This document shows positions 29,607-38,702 of a stretch of 64,000 bases of DNA, in pieces. Source of the stretch: Candidatus Nezhaarchaeota archaeon WYZ-LMO8 (GTDB lineage: Archaea > Thermoproteota > Methanomethylicia > Nezhaarchaeales > WYZ-LMO8); NCBI GenBank assembly GCA_004347965.1, contig QNVF01000002.1, forward strand, positions 18,895-82,894. The letters are read 5' to 3'. The number at the start of each line of letters is the position of its first letter. The stretch's first letter is position 1. The notes under the pieces were generated by a model that did no database searches, was not told the origin of the DNA, and saw nothing but the letters and a program-made list of their open reading frames with translations. Position numbers and translations under genes: made by a program.

Positions 29607-30941
29607 TTGGCTGGAGTTATTGGGATCTATGCCTTTGATAAGCTATGGAGGATGGCTAGGTTCGCATACTACGGCCTCCTAGCTCTTCAGAATAGAGGAC
29701 AAGAGACAGCTGGAATCGTGACTTGCCATGAAGACGGCCTCTCAGAGTATAAGGGAAGGAACACTGTAGACAGGGTTTTCTTAGAAGAGAAATTGTCATC
29801 GATGAAGGGGTGGCTTGCGATAGGTTGCGTGGACGCGGAAGTTAGGCATGAAGGATCCATTCAACCAGTTATAGTTAACAAGCCTACGAAACTAGCTTTT
29901 TGCATGGATGGTAAAGCACTTAATTGGCGCGAAATAGCAGTCGAAGAGGGGGTAAGCACAGAAAGCGACGTTAACGCAGTGGCAATGATCCTATCTAAAT
30001 ATGTTGATAAACATGGTCTCCTCAATGGGGCGGTTAGACTCTTAGAGATGCTTAAAGGGGGTTATTGCTTCATAGCCTTAACTAGCAGTGGCGAGATGAT
30101 AGCTGCTAGAAGCCCAAGCGGCATAAAGCCCCTAGTCATAGGGAGCTTTGGCTTTGACTATGGAGTAATAGCATCGGAGAGCTGCGCAATAGACGTAATA
30201 GGAGCAGATTATAAGGCCGATGTGTTTCCAGGAGAAGTTTACCTCTTTACCTCATATAGCATTGAGAAGGCTAGAGCTCAGAGGAGTGAAGTCGCATACT
30301 GCTCATTCGAGTACGTCTACTTAGCTAGACCTGATTCATACATAAATGACATAAGCGTCTACGAGACAAGAATGAGGATAGGTGAGGTACTGGCTGAAGA
30401 GCACCCAGTTGAAGGCGATGTAGTTATAGGGGTTCCAGAAACAGCGATACCGTTTGCAATGGCTTATTCGAACAAAATGAAAATACCTATAGCCATGGGT
30501 TTTGTGAGAACAGGTCCTCATGTTAGGAGCGCGATAAAGCCAACACAGTTCGAGAGACTCGTTGGAGTGCAGCTCAAATTAAACCCCATAAGGGGTGCCG
30601 TAAAGGGTAAAAGAGTAATACTGATCGACGACAGCGTTGTCAGGGGTAATACAACCAAGAACACAGTTACCCTCATGAGGAACAAGCTTGGGGTGAAGGA
30701 GATTCACGTGAGGATTGGAAGCCCTAAAATAACATCTCATTGCCCATTCGGCGTTGAGGTTCCACCAGAAGACGAGCTCATAGCTCGCCACTTATCTGAT
30801 GAAGAGGTCGCAGCAGTTGTAGGAGCTGACTCGTTTCACTGGCTATCGCTAAATGGATTAGTAAGAGCGATAGGTATCCCTCAAAGCATGCTATGCTTAG
30901 GATGCTTCACCGGAGAATATCCTCTCTGTTTGAAGACCTAA
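29607..30941 (+). CDS. PurF paralog whose N-terminal nucleophile Cys is replaced by Ala (TTG start)
   Basis: AGVIGIY aligns with CGVVGVT of the upstream copy. LQNRGQETAGIV, the PRTase motif ILIDDSVVRGNT and the Fe-S Cys (CSFEY, CLGCFTG) are retained. Confidence 0.7.
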   Translation: MAGVIGIYAFDKLWRMARFAYYGLLALQNRGQETAGIVTCHEDGLSEYKGRNTVDRVFLEEKLSSMKGWLAIGCVDAEVRHEGSIQPVIVNKPTKLAFCMDGKALNWREIAVEEGVSTESDVNAVAMILSKYVDKHGLLNGAVRLLEMLKGGYCFIALTSSGEMIAARSPSGIKPLVIGSFGFDYGVIASESCAIDVIGADYKADVFPGEVYLFTSYSIEKARAQRSEVAYCSFEYVYLARPDSYINDISVYETRMRIGEVLAEEHPVEGDVVIGVPETAIPFAMAYSNKMKIPIAMGFVRTGPHVRSAIKPTQFERLVGVQLKLNPIRGAVKGKRVILIDDSVVRGNTTKNTVTLMRNKLGVKEIHVRIGSPKITSHCPFGVEVPPEDELIARHLSDEEVAAVVGADSFHWLSLNGLVRAIGIPQSMLCLGCFTGEYPLCLKT

Positions 30942-30953
30942 TCGGGGAGAAGT

Positions 30954-32435
30954 ATGGTTAAGGTCTTGCTTATAGGAGATGCCTCGCGAGAACATGCAAT
31001 AGCAGACGCGTTTGCTAGAAGCATTCATGAACCAAAACTCTATGCTGCAATGTCTAGGAGGAACCCTGGCATAACTAAGCTTTGTAAGCGAACTGGAGGT
31101 GACGTTGCCATCGGTAACATAGACGATCCTAACTTCGTAGTAAAGGCAGCTCTAGATTTCCACGTGGACTTCGCATTCGTGGGCCCTGAAGAGCCATTGT
31201 TTCACGGAATACCTGACGCATTAGAAGAGACTGGGGTACCATGTGTTGGGGCCAGGAGAAGCATGGCTTTGGTGGAGATGTCAAAGGCTTTCATGAGGAG
31301 GCTCATGTGGAAGTACAAGGTTCCAGGCAGATTGAGGTTTAAAGCCTTCAAGTCGCTTGAAGATGCAGTTGCATACGTGAATGAGTATGCTGAGAGCGTC
31401 GCAATAAAGCCTGCTAGGCAGGCTGGAGGCAAGGGTGTGAAGGTAATAGCTGATCTTCAAGTTTACCTGAGCAAGGAGAAACGAGAGGTTAAGGCTGAGC
31501 ATGTTAAGACAGTCTACGAGAAGCACATGGCTGTCTACGATGACATAGACGATAAGGTCCTCATAGAAGAGAAGGTTGAAGGTCCTGAGTACACTCTCCA
31601 GGCATTTACCGATGGGAGGACTGTGCTTCCTTTACCAGCAGTCCAAGATAACAAGAATGCCTATGAGATGGATATAGGACCTGAAACTGGAGGCATGGGA
31701 TCGATAGCTGGACCAGGATGGTTACTACCATTTTTAACTGAAGAGGAGTACAAGCAATCAGTTGAGATAATCCAATCGGTCGTCGAGGCTCTATGGAAGG
31801 AGACAGGCGTAAGGTATAAGGGAGTAATATCAGGCCAGATGATGCTTACAGCTCTTTGGGGACCAACAATCATAGAGTTCTACAGTCGCTTTGGCGATCC
31901 TGAGGCCTGCAACGTGCTTCCATACATTGAAGCCGACATCGTTGAGATATCAGAAGCAATCATAGATGAGAGGTTGAACACGATTAAAATAAGCTTTCCA
32001 AACATAGCGACTGTGGTAAAAGCTGTTGCACCAAAAGGTTATCCTGATCATCGAGACCTAGCAAGAGGGCACCCAGTTTTTATAGATGAAGAAGCCATTA
32101 GGAGGAGAGGGTGCAAGGTCTACTATGGATCATTGGATGAGAGATCTGATGAGACCATCGTGACTGCAGGATCGAGGATAGCAGAGATAGTAGCTGCTGC
32201 ACCAACGATACCTGAAGCTAGTGAGATAGCTGAAAGCTGTGTGCAATACGTGAGGCTTCTAGATGGTTGGGGCGTCTTTCATAGGAGCGATATAGGCTCC
32301 GAAGTTCTCTTGAAAAAGAGGATAGAGCAGGCTCAACTCATAAGGGAGATATACCACTATAGGCTAAGTAGGAGACTTATAGGTAAGGCTATAGACTGGA
32401 TACCTGGAAGAGGCAAGATAGAATATGAATTTTAA
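30954..32435 (+). CDS. purD: Phosphoribosylamine--glycine ligase (GAR synthetase), unusually long at 493 aa
   Basis: The N-terminus MVKVLLIGDASREHAIADAF matches PurD. It has the ATP-grasp architecture and a C-terminal extension. Confidence 0.8.
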   Translation: MVKVLLIGDASREHAIADAFARSIHEPKLYAAMSRRNPGITKLCKRTGGDVAIGNIDDPNFVVKAALDFHVDFAFVGPEEPLFHGIPDALEETGVPCVGARRSMALVEMSKAFMRRLMWKYKVPGRLRFKAFKSLEDAVAYVNEYAESVAIKPARQAGGKGVKVIADLQVYLSKEKREVKAEHVKTVYEKHMAVYDDIDDKVLIEEKVEGPEYTLQAFTDGRTVLPLPAVQDNKNAYEMDIGPETGGMGSIAGPGWLLPFLTEEEYKQSVEIIQSVVEALWKETGVRYKGVISGQMMLTALWGPTIIEFYSRFGDPEACNVLPYIEADIVEISEAIIDERLNTIKISFPNIATVVKAVAPKGYPDHRDLARGHPVFIDEEAIRRRGCKVYYGSLDERSDETIVTAGSRIAEIVAAAPTIPEASEIAESCVQYVRLLDGWGVFHRSDIGSEVLLKKRIEQAQLIREIYHYRLSRRLIGKAIDWIPGRGKIEYEF

Positions 32436-32495
32436 GGTTTCTCCTCATCTCCAATTAATCTTCTTAAACTCGCACGAATGTTAGAAAATCTATAG

Positions 32496-33899
32496 TTGGT
32501 GGTATTTTTGAGGTTTAGGGAGGAACTGGGGACTCCTCTACTTGAAGGTGCAACTAAGATATTGCTTTTAGGTGCTGGAGAGTTAGGCAAGGAGATAGCC
32601 ATTGAGGCTCAGAGACTTGGAGTAGAAGTGGTGACAGTAGACAGGTACGACATGCCTCCAGCTAGCCATGTAGCTCACAGACACTACACAATCAACATGC
32701 TTGACGGTAAGGCATTGAAGGTAGTGGTAAGAAGAGAGAAGCCTGATGCAATTGTTCCTGAGATAGAAGCAATAAATACTGACGCTCTCCTAGAGCTAGA
32801 AGAGGAGGGCTTCTTTGTAGTCCCTAATGCGCGAGCAGTCAAAATAACCATGGATAGAATTCTGTTGAGAAAGCTTGCAGCTGAAGAAGCTGGCGTCCCC
32901 ACGTCAAGGTACATGTTTGCTGAAAGCTTAGAGGAGTTAAAGGAGTGCTGTGAAAACATAGGCTATCCTTGCCTAGTGAAGGCTCAAATGAGTAGTGGAG
33001 GGCTAGGTTCAACTGTTGTTACCGGTAAGAACATGGTCGAGTTGGCTTATGAGAGAGCTATGAAGGAGGCTAGGGGCTTTAGTAAGCGAGTAATAGTTGA
33101 AGAGCTCGTAAACTTCGATGTTGAAGTTACAGTCCTAACGTTAGCTCACATAGGGCTTGATGGAGATATAGCAGTAACACCTCTAGAGCCAGTAGGCCAC
33201 GTACGATCTACAGGTCATTATCACGTAAGCTGGCAACCCCTCTTCGACATAGATCCAGACACTAACTACTCTAAATCGCCTTTTGAAGGCTATGGAGGAC
33301 CAATGCACTTAATGGAGGATCCACCAATTAATGGGCTTAGGTGGAGGTCTTCATGGAATGGCAAGAGAATTGACGGAGAGAGAGCTAAAATCGTCAAGGA
33401 GATGTTGTTTGAAACAGCTAGGAGGGTAGTGACTAAGCTCTTGGAGACTAAGGAAGGGTTAAAGGGGCTTGGGATCTTTGGTTGCGAGATATTCGTTAAG
33501 CTGGGTGGTGAAGGAGAGAGACCACGAGTATTCTTCAATGAGGTCTCACCTAGACCGCATGATACTGGCATGGTAACTCTTGTGACACAGGATCAGTCAG
33601 AAATGGCTTTACATGTAAGGGCAATACTTGGCCTCCCAATACCGGAGGTCAAGGTGTTGACTTGTGGTGCAAGCCACGTCATACTAGCTAAGGTTGGAGG
33701 CTCGTGGTCTCCGAGGTATGGGGGAGTGAGCGAGGCTTTGAAGATACCTGGCGTCCAATTAAGGCTCTTCGGCAAGCCAGTAACCTACGTTGATAGGAGG
33801 ATGGGGATAGCTCTCGCCATAGCAAACACCATAAACGAGGCGAGGTCTAAGGCTATGAGGGCAGCACACATAGTTGAGGGAGCTATGAAGTATGGCTGA
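32496..33899 (+). CDS. purT: Formate-dependent phosphoribosylglycinamide formyltransferase (GAR transformylase 2) with an internal insertion
   Basis: LLGAGELGKEIAIEAQRLGVEVVTVDRY, EVSPRPHDTGMVTLVTQDQSEMALHVRA and LRLFGKP are near-identical to canonical PurT blocks. It is 467 aa against ~390 typical. Confidence 0.8.
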   Translation: MVVFLRFREELGTPLLEGATKILLLGAGELGKEIAIEAQRLGVEVVTVDRYDMPPASHVAHRHYTINMLDGKALKVVVRREKPDAIVPEIEAINTDALLELEEEGFFVVPNARAVKITMDRILLRKLAAEEAGVPTSRYMFAESLEELKECCENIGYPCLVKAQMSSGGLGSTVVTGKNMVELAYERAMKEARGFSKRVIVEELVNFDVEVTVLTLAHIGLDGDIAVTPLEPVGHVRSTGHYHVSWQPLFDIDPDTNYSKSPFEGYGGPMHLMEDPPINGLRWRSSWNGKRIDGERAKIVKEMLFETARRVVTKLLETKEGLKGLGIFGCEIFVKLGGEGERPRVFFNEVSPRPHDTGMVTLVTQDQSEMALHVRAILGLPIPEVKVLTCGASHVILAKVGGSWSPRYGGVSEALKIPGVQLRLFGKPVTYVDRRMGIALAIANTINEARSKAMRAAHIVEGAMKYG

Positions 33900-34350
33900 G
33901 CCACTGGTGGCAGTGATAGCAGGAAGCAGGTCCGATGAAAAGGTAGTTGAAGAAGTTGTTTCAACCCTAAAGGAACTTGGCATAGAACACGAGGTTCAAT
34001 ACCTTTCAGCTCACAGGAACCATTACCAGCTTGAAGAGTACATTAAGAAGACTAAGGCAAGGGTTTTCATAGCCGTAGCTGGAATGGCAGCTCACCTTCC
34101 AGGCTTCATAGCTTCAATAACCAACAAGCCAGTAATAGGGGTCCCAGTAAGTGGTAAACTTCTAGGTTTAGACTCACTTCTATCAATGGTTCAAATGCCT
34201 AAAGGCTTCCCAGTTGCTACTGTCGGCGTGGACATGGGGTTCAATGCAGCTATACTTGCAGCTGAAATATTAGCGTTGAGCGACGAGGAGCTCTCTCAAC
34301 GATTAAAGCGATGGAAGAAGGAGAAGTTCGGCTGGGTCGAACATCAATAA
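33892..34350 (+). CDS. purE: N5-CAIR mutase / AIR carboxylase catalytic subunit
   Basis: The PurE fold contains YLSAHR and GVPVSGKLLGLDSLLSMVQMP. Confidence 0.8.
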   Translation: MAEPLVAVIAGSRSDEKVVEEVVSTLKELGIEHEVQYLSAHRNHYQLEEYIKKTKARVFIAVAGMAAHLPGFIASITNKPVIGVPVSGKLLGLDSLLSMVQMPKGFPVATVGVDMGFNAAILAAEILALSDEELSQRLKRWKKEKFGWVEHQ

Positions 34351-34543
34351 AGAAGCCTCAATAAGACGTAATAGCGTCTATAGTAGAGCACATATTAATT
34401 GCTTAAAGGATTGAGCATCTAAATAGCGAAGCTCGCTCAATACTTGTAGAGAATGTGATTGCACTTACGCGGGGTAAGATCGCGAGCCCTCCAAAATCCA
34501 TAAAGCTTCGTAGAAACTTGAGCTACGTAGAGGAGGTAGAGCT

Positions 34544-35614
34544 GTGTTGTGGAGCTACAGCAAAGCCGGGGTCGACTTAGATAGAGTTAAGAGAGCACAT
34601 AAATCGATAGTGGAGATCATAGAAGCAACATACGAGTTCAGACGAGAGCTTTTTGGGAGGATTATAAGAGGGGCAGGTCATTACGCAGCACTGATAGATA
34701 TTGGTGGAGGAAAAGCCTTAGCACTTCACGCTGACGGCGTTGGAACTAAGGTATTGATAGCTCAATTGATGAATAGGTACGATACGGTCGGTATAGATTG
34801 TATAGCCATGAATGTGAATGACCTAATATGTGTAGGAGCGGAGCCTATAGCCATGATAGACTACCTAGCAGTCGAGAAGAGCGATGAGGACATGATCGCT
34901 GAGATAATGAAGGGACTAGTTAGAGGTGCTGAAATGGCTGGGATAGCTATAGTAGGTGGCGAGACAGCGGTAATGCCTGATGTAATAAAAGGTGCAGTTG
35001 AAGGAAGGGGCTTCGACTTAGCTGGACTAAGCATAGGAGTGGTTGATGTAGATAAAGTGATTATGGGAGATAAAATTCAAGTGGGGGATGCTATTGTTGG
35101 AGTTAAAAGCTCAGGTATACACAGTAATGGTTTAACTCTCGCTAGGAAAGTCTTGCTTGAACACGCTGCCCTCAACGTTCATAGTTATGTAAATGAACTG
35201 CAATGCACTGTAGGTGAAGAGCTTCTAAAACCTACGTACATATACGTAAAACCCATTCTTGAGCTTCTACGAAAGGGCCTTGAAGTCCATGGTTTAGCTC
35301 ATATAACTGGTGGCTCCTTTACAAAGCTTCTAAGGATAGCACCACAAGGACTTGGCTTTAAGCTTGATAACATGCCTGAGCCTCATGTAATATTTAAGCT
35401 GATACAGAGTCTTGGTAGAATATCAAATTGGGAGATGTATAGGACCTTCAATATGGGCATAGGCTTTTGCGTAGTGGTACCTAAACACGAGGTAGAAGAA
35501 GTGATTAGGATCTTTAAACTTCACGGCTTCGAGGCTCAGCAAATAGGTTCCATAATAGATGAACCTCGAGTGGAAATAGAGTTAAAGGATGAGAAGCTGG
35601 TCTACTCAACCTAA
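34544..35614 (+). CDS. purM: AIR synthetase (phosphoribosylformylglycinamidine cyclo-ligase)
   Basis: The PurM motifs present are ALHADGVGTKVLIA and DCIAMNVNDLICVGAEP. Confidence 0.85.
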   Translation: MLWSYSKAGVDLDRVKRAHKSIVEIIEATYEFRRELFGRIIRGAGHYAALIDIGGGKALALHADGVGTKVLIAQLMNRYDTVGIDCIAMNVNDLICVGAEPIAMIDYLAVEKSDEDMIAEIMKGLVRGAEMAGIAIVGGETAVMPDVIKGAVEGRGFDLAGLSIGVVDVDKVIMGDKIQVGDAIVGVKSSGIHSNGLTLARKVLLEHAALNVHSYVNELQCTVGEELLKPTYIYVKPILELLRKGLEVHGLAHITGGSFTKLLRIAPQGLGFKLDNMPEPHVIFKLIQSLGRISNWEMYRTFNMGIGFCVVVPKHEVEEVIRIFKLHGFEAQQIGSIIDEPRVEIELKDEKLVYST

Positions 35615-36174
35615 ATTAATCCTACAGCTAAAGCGACTGATATGAGGAGTAGAGCTCCTATAACATCACAAACTGCTGTCACTATAGGTATCGTCGTGTT
35701 ATCTGGGTCCCAACCATACCTATACGTCACAAACCCGGCTACTACACCAACTATGATAGCTATTACTGAAGTTGATACTCCAGTTACTAACACAATGATT
35801 AAAATCTTTACTGGTTCTACTCCCTTTAAGCCTAAGAAGTAAGATGCCGTCATAGCTAAGAACGTCAGATAAAGTGATGATAGTGCAGCAACAACTATCA
35901 TGGTAACAGCGTACTTCTCAAGGTATGGACTCCTCTCAATCTTAGGTCTTACGAGACCTAAATGCAGGTATGTTGCTATTTTAGATCCTATCATGCATCC
36001 CATGTTTCCGGTCATGTCCATCAAACAAGGTATTAAGATTAAGAGAACCGGCAAGGTCAATAAAGTCTCGAGCTTAGCATTAAGCACTGTTCCCGCAAAG
36101 CTATCTATTACTACAGAAGCTGTTATTGAAACAGTTCCTTGCTTAACAATGTCTTTAGCTTTGTAGACCGTCAT
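35611..36174 (-). CDS. MgtE-family divalent cation transporter, membrane domain only
   Basis: The MgtE TM signature reads LIPCLMDMTGNMGCMIGSKI ... DPDNTTIPIVTAVCDVIGAL. It is 187 aa and has no cytosolic N-domain. Confidence 0.6.
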   Translation of the reverse strand: MTVYKAKDIVKQGTVSITASVVIDSFAGTVLNAKLETLLTLPVLLILIPCLMDMTGNMGCMIGSKIATYLHLGLVRPKIERSPYLEKYAVTMIVVAALSSLYLTFLAMTASYFLGLKGVEPVKILIIVLVTGVSTSVIAIIVGVVAGFVTYRYGWDPDNTTIPIVTAVCDVIGALLLISVALAVGLI

Positions 36175-36175
36175 A

Positions 36176-36733
36176 TTACAACCCCATAGCCATGAGCACT
36201 AAAGCAGCTAAGAACAGGCATGGTATGCTAACCACATCACCCAACGTCGTTATGATGGGGCCCATTATTACGTCAGGGTCCAAGCCCCTCTGATAGACCT
36301 TTATAGTCATAATCACGGTTACTAGCGTTATAACTAGGCTTGAAAGTGCTCCAGCTATCAATGAAAGTAAAAGAAGCGTTAAAAAACCTGCAGAAGTAAA
36401 GCCGAAGAGGAGACACATAAAATGCGCTAAGCAACCTATGAGAACTGAGAGCACAAGACTCAGTATCAACGTGCCTATAATATTCTGCAAAAGCTCTTTT
36501 GATAACTTCAATCTTGGCTCTATGATACCTACGTGTAGAGCTGAGCTTAACCTTGAAGCTAATGTACCACCAATTGCACCCCGCATTTGAAGGAAGGCTG
36601 GGACCATTATCAGCATGCCTGGAAGCTCTTCAAGCGCCCCCCTCATGAGTGCAAGACCTATGCCTGCTAGGACGTCGATTGTTAGACTTACAAATTGCGT
36701 TAATAATCCTTGTCGAATCGTATTTTTAAACAC
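36176..36733 (-). CDS. MgtE-family divalent cation transporter, membrane domain only (tandem paralog)
   Basis: It has the same architecture (...LQMRGAIGGTLASRL...LDPDVIMGPIITTLGDVVSI). It is directly upstream of the previous gene, separated by 1 nt. Confidence 0.6.
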   Translation of the reverse strand: MFKNTIRQGLLTQFVSLTIDVLAGIGLALMRGALEELPGMLIMVPAFLQMRGAIGGTLASRLSSALHVGIIEPRLKLSKELLQNIIGTLILSLVLSVLIGCLAHFMCLLFGFTSAGFLTLLLLSLIAGALSSLVITLVTVIMTIKVYQRGLDPDVIMGPIITTLGDVVSIPCLFLAALVLMAMGL

Positions 36734-36837
36734 GATCCCTCCCTCATCGCGGTAAGGCTTAAATCTTATCTTAAGCCTCTAGGTATTACATATATATCCT
36801 GTGTCTGTGATCCCGATAGTGGGGGACTAGATTTAGA

Positions 36838-37395
36838 TTGGAAGAACATAAATCGGTTCGAGAACTATTAGTTGAGATAAAGAACGTAACTGAAAAGATA
36901 GTGGATTTGGCATTTTCATCATTCATGTTCGACTTGGATGATGTAGCTCACGAAGTGTTGAGACTTGAGGAGCGCATTGATGATCTACTCTATTCGCTGT
37001 ACATGAAGGTTTTAATGGCATCAGAGACAGCTTACGACGTTGAGAGACTAACCCCTCTTTTAGTGATAGCGTCAGCTATGAGCAGCATAGCTGATGCAGC
37101 TGGTGATTTAGCGAAGATATTTCTTAAGGGCTTCAAGCTGCATCCAATAGTTTATGAATCACTAAAGGAAGTGGAGGAAAGAGTTGTATCTACCAGGATA
37201 AGGAAGGAATCCAAGCTTGTAGGCAAGAGGATAGCTGACATAAGCGAGGAGCTTGGTGCTCCCGTTACTCCTCTAATTGTATGCAGAGGACGAAGACGAT
37301 TGATAACTCCTCCCGAAGACTTAGTGATAGAACCTGGGGACATAATAATAGTTAGGGCGAATAGGGAAGTAGCTGAGAAACTAGAGGAGTTGTAA
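36838..37395 (+). CDS. PhoU-like (DUF47-like) helical domain plus TrkA_C regulatory domain protein
   Basis: The N-terminal helical domain is followed by the C-terminal segment GKRIADISEELGAPVTPLIVCRGRRRLITPPEDLVIEPGDIIIV, which is the TrkA_C pattern. Confidence 0.55.
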   Translation: MEEHKSVRELLVEIKNVTEKIVDLAFSSFMFDLDDVAHEVLRLEERIDDLLYSLYMKVLMASETAYDVERLTPLLVIASAMSSIADAAGDLAKIFLKGFKLHPIVYESLKEVEERVVSTRIRKESKLVGKRIADISEELGAPVTPLIVCRGRRRLITPPEDLVIEPGDIIIVRANREVAEKLEEL

Positions 37396-37398
37396 GCT

Positions 37399-37986
37399 GT
37401 GGACAAGAACTTATTGCTAGAAATAAGGGACATGCTCATAGAGCTCAAGAACATCACCGAGTTTATGGTCGATCTAGCGTATACGGCACTACTAACTAAT
37501 AGCAGGGAGTTGGCTGAGGAAGTTGAAAGGCTCGAAGAGTACATAGATGAGCTTCACACACGCTATGAGATGGCCGTCTTAGAGCTAGCTAAACTAAGTG
37601 AGAAGCCCTCTGAGTTCTTAGGAACTCTTAGAGTAGGACTTGTAGTTGAAACCTTAGCTGATGCTGCTAGAGAAATGGTTGAGCCAATACTTAGAGGAGA
37701 TAGTCCTCATGACGTCTTTGTCGTGGTAATGCGTGAAGCTGAAGAAGCAATGCATAGAATTAGGATTGAGGAGTCCTCACCATTAATTGGTAAGGACCTG
37801 TCGGAGCTTAGAGCTAAGGGCTTACCGGTAACGGTCGTAGCAATAAGGAGGGGAGGAAACTGGATATTGAATCCAGGAGATGAAGTGAAGCTCTATCCGG
37901 GTGACGTCTTAGTGATCAAGGGGAGAGAAGAGGATCTCGAAGCAGTAAAAGAGCTTGCTCAAGGTACGATGGAGAAAGAGGAATAA
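37399..37986 (+). CDS. PhoU-like helical domain plus TrkA_C regulatory domain protein (tandem paralog)
   Basis: It has the same two-domain layout. The TrkA_C segment is GKDLSELRAKGLPVTVVAIRRGGNWILNPGDEVKLYPGDVLVI. Confidence 0.55.
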   Translation: MDKNLLLEIRDMLIELKNITEFMVDLAYTALLTNSRELAEEVERLEEYIDELHTRYEMAVLELAKLSEKPSEFLGTLRVGLVVETLADAAREMVEPILRGDSPHDVFVVVMREAEEAMHRIRIEESSPLIGKDLSELRAKGLPVTVVAIRRGGNWILNPGDEVKLYPGDVLVIKGREEDLEAVKELAQGTMEKEE

Positions 37987-38650
37987 CGTAATGAACGTTA
38001 ATAGCTCAAGGGCTTTACTTAGGATGCTAGAGCGTAGGGGCATGAAGGTGAATGAGCTATCACCTGGTGAAATGAGCGAAGACTATCTAGGCTATTTACA
38101 GGGCCAAGGAATAGTACGCTTGAACCAAGGAGTGCTTTACGTCACCGATCCAGTACGTCTAGCAATAGAAGCAATTAAGCTAGGCGTTGATGTTGAGACT
38201 GCATCTAGATGGCTCAATTGGAGAGACTTCGAAAGGCTTTGCGTAGAAGCTTTAAGAAGCCACAACTTTAGCGTCAAGGCCCCTTTTAGGTTCAAGGCTG
38301 ATGGTAAGAGACATGAGATAGACGTGGTAGCGCATAAGAAAAACGTTGTTTTATGTATTGACTGTAAACATTGGAAGATGAAGCGAGGCCAACAATACAG
38401 AATTAAGGGTTTTACGATGAACCATCTGGATAAATGTGTAAAGTTTGCTGAATTAGTAAAGTCTTCTAGGGTCGTTAAACTCGAGCTTCATAGTGGAGCA
38501 TACTTAGTTCCTATGATAGTAACGTTGATAGACCTAGACTTTAAGCATCATTTAAATGGCGTCTGGATATTACCAATATTCAAGCTGAACTCCTTTCTAC
38601 TAGACCTCGAAGCTCATTTAGACGAGCTCTCTCTCATAAAGGTTCGTTGA
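37955..38650 (+). CDS. Predicted PD-(D/E)xK nuclease with an N-terminal winged helix. The likely start is MNVNSS at ~37991.
   Basis: FERL ... HEIDVVA ... VVLCIDCKHWK gives an E / D / (D)xK triad in the spacing of Hjc- or restriction-endonuclease-like folds. The N-terminal segment LLRMLERRGMKVNELSPGEM is wHTH-like. Confidence 0.5.
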   Translation: MLKVRWRKRNNVMNVNSSRALLRMLERRGMKVNELSPGEMSEDYLGYLQGQGIVRLNQGVLYVTDPVRLAIEAIKLGVDVETASRWLNWRDFERLCVEALRSHNFSVKAPFRFKADGKRHEIDVVAHKKNVVLCIDCKHWKMKRGQQYRIKGFTMNHLDKCVKFAELVKSSRVVKLELHSGAYLVPMIVTLIDLDFKHHLNGVWILPIFKLNSFLLDLEAHLDELSLIKVR

Positions 38651-38702
38651 GCAAAGCCTGCTAGAAACATTTAAGCTTCTAATGATCTAATTAGTAGGGG
38701 AC

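Noticed and set aside
32496-33899. Calling this gene purK because it sits next to purE
   Set aside because: Block-by-block identity to PurT (LLGxGELGKE(I/V)AIExQRLGVEV, SPRPHDTGMVTL) is far stronger than any PurK resemblance.
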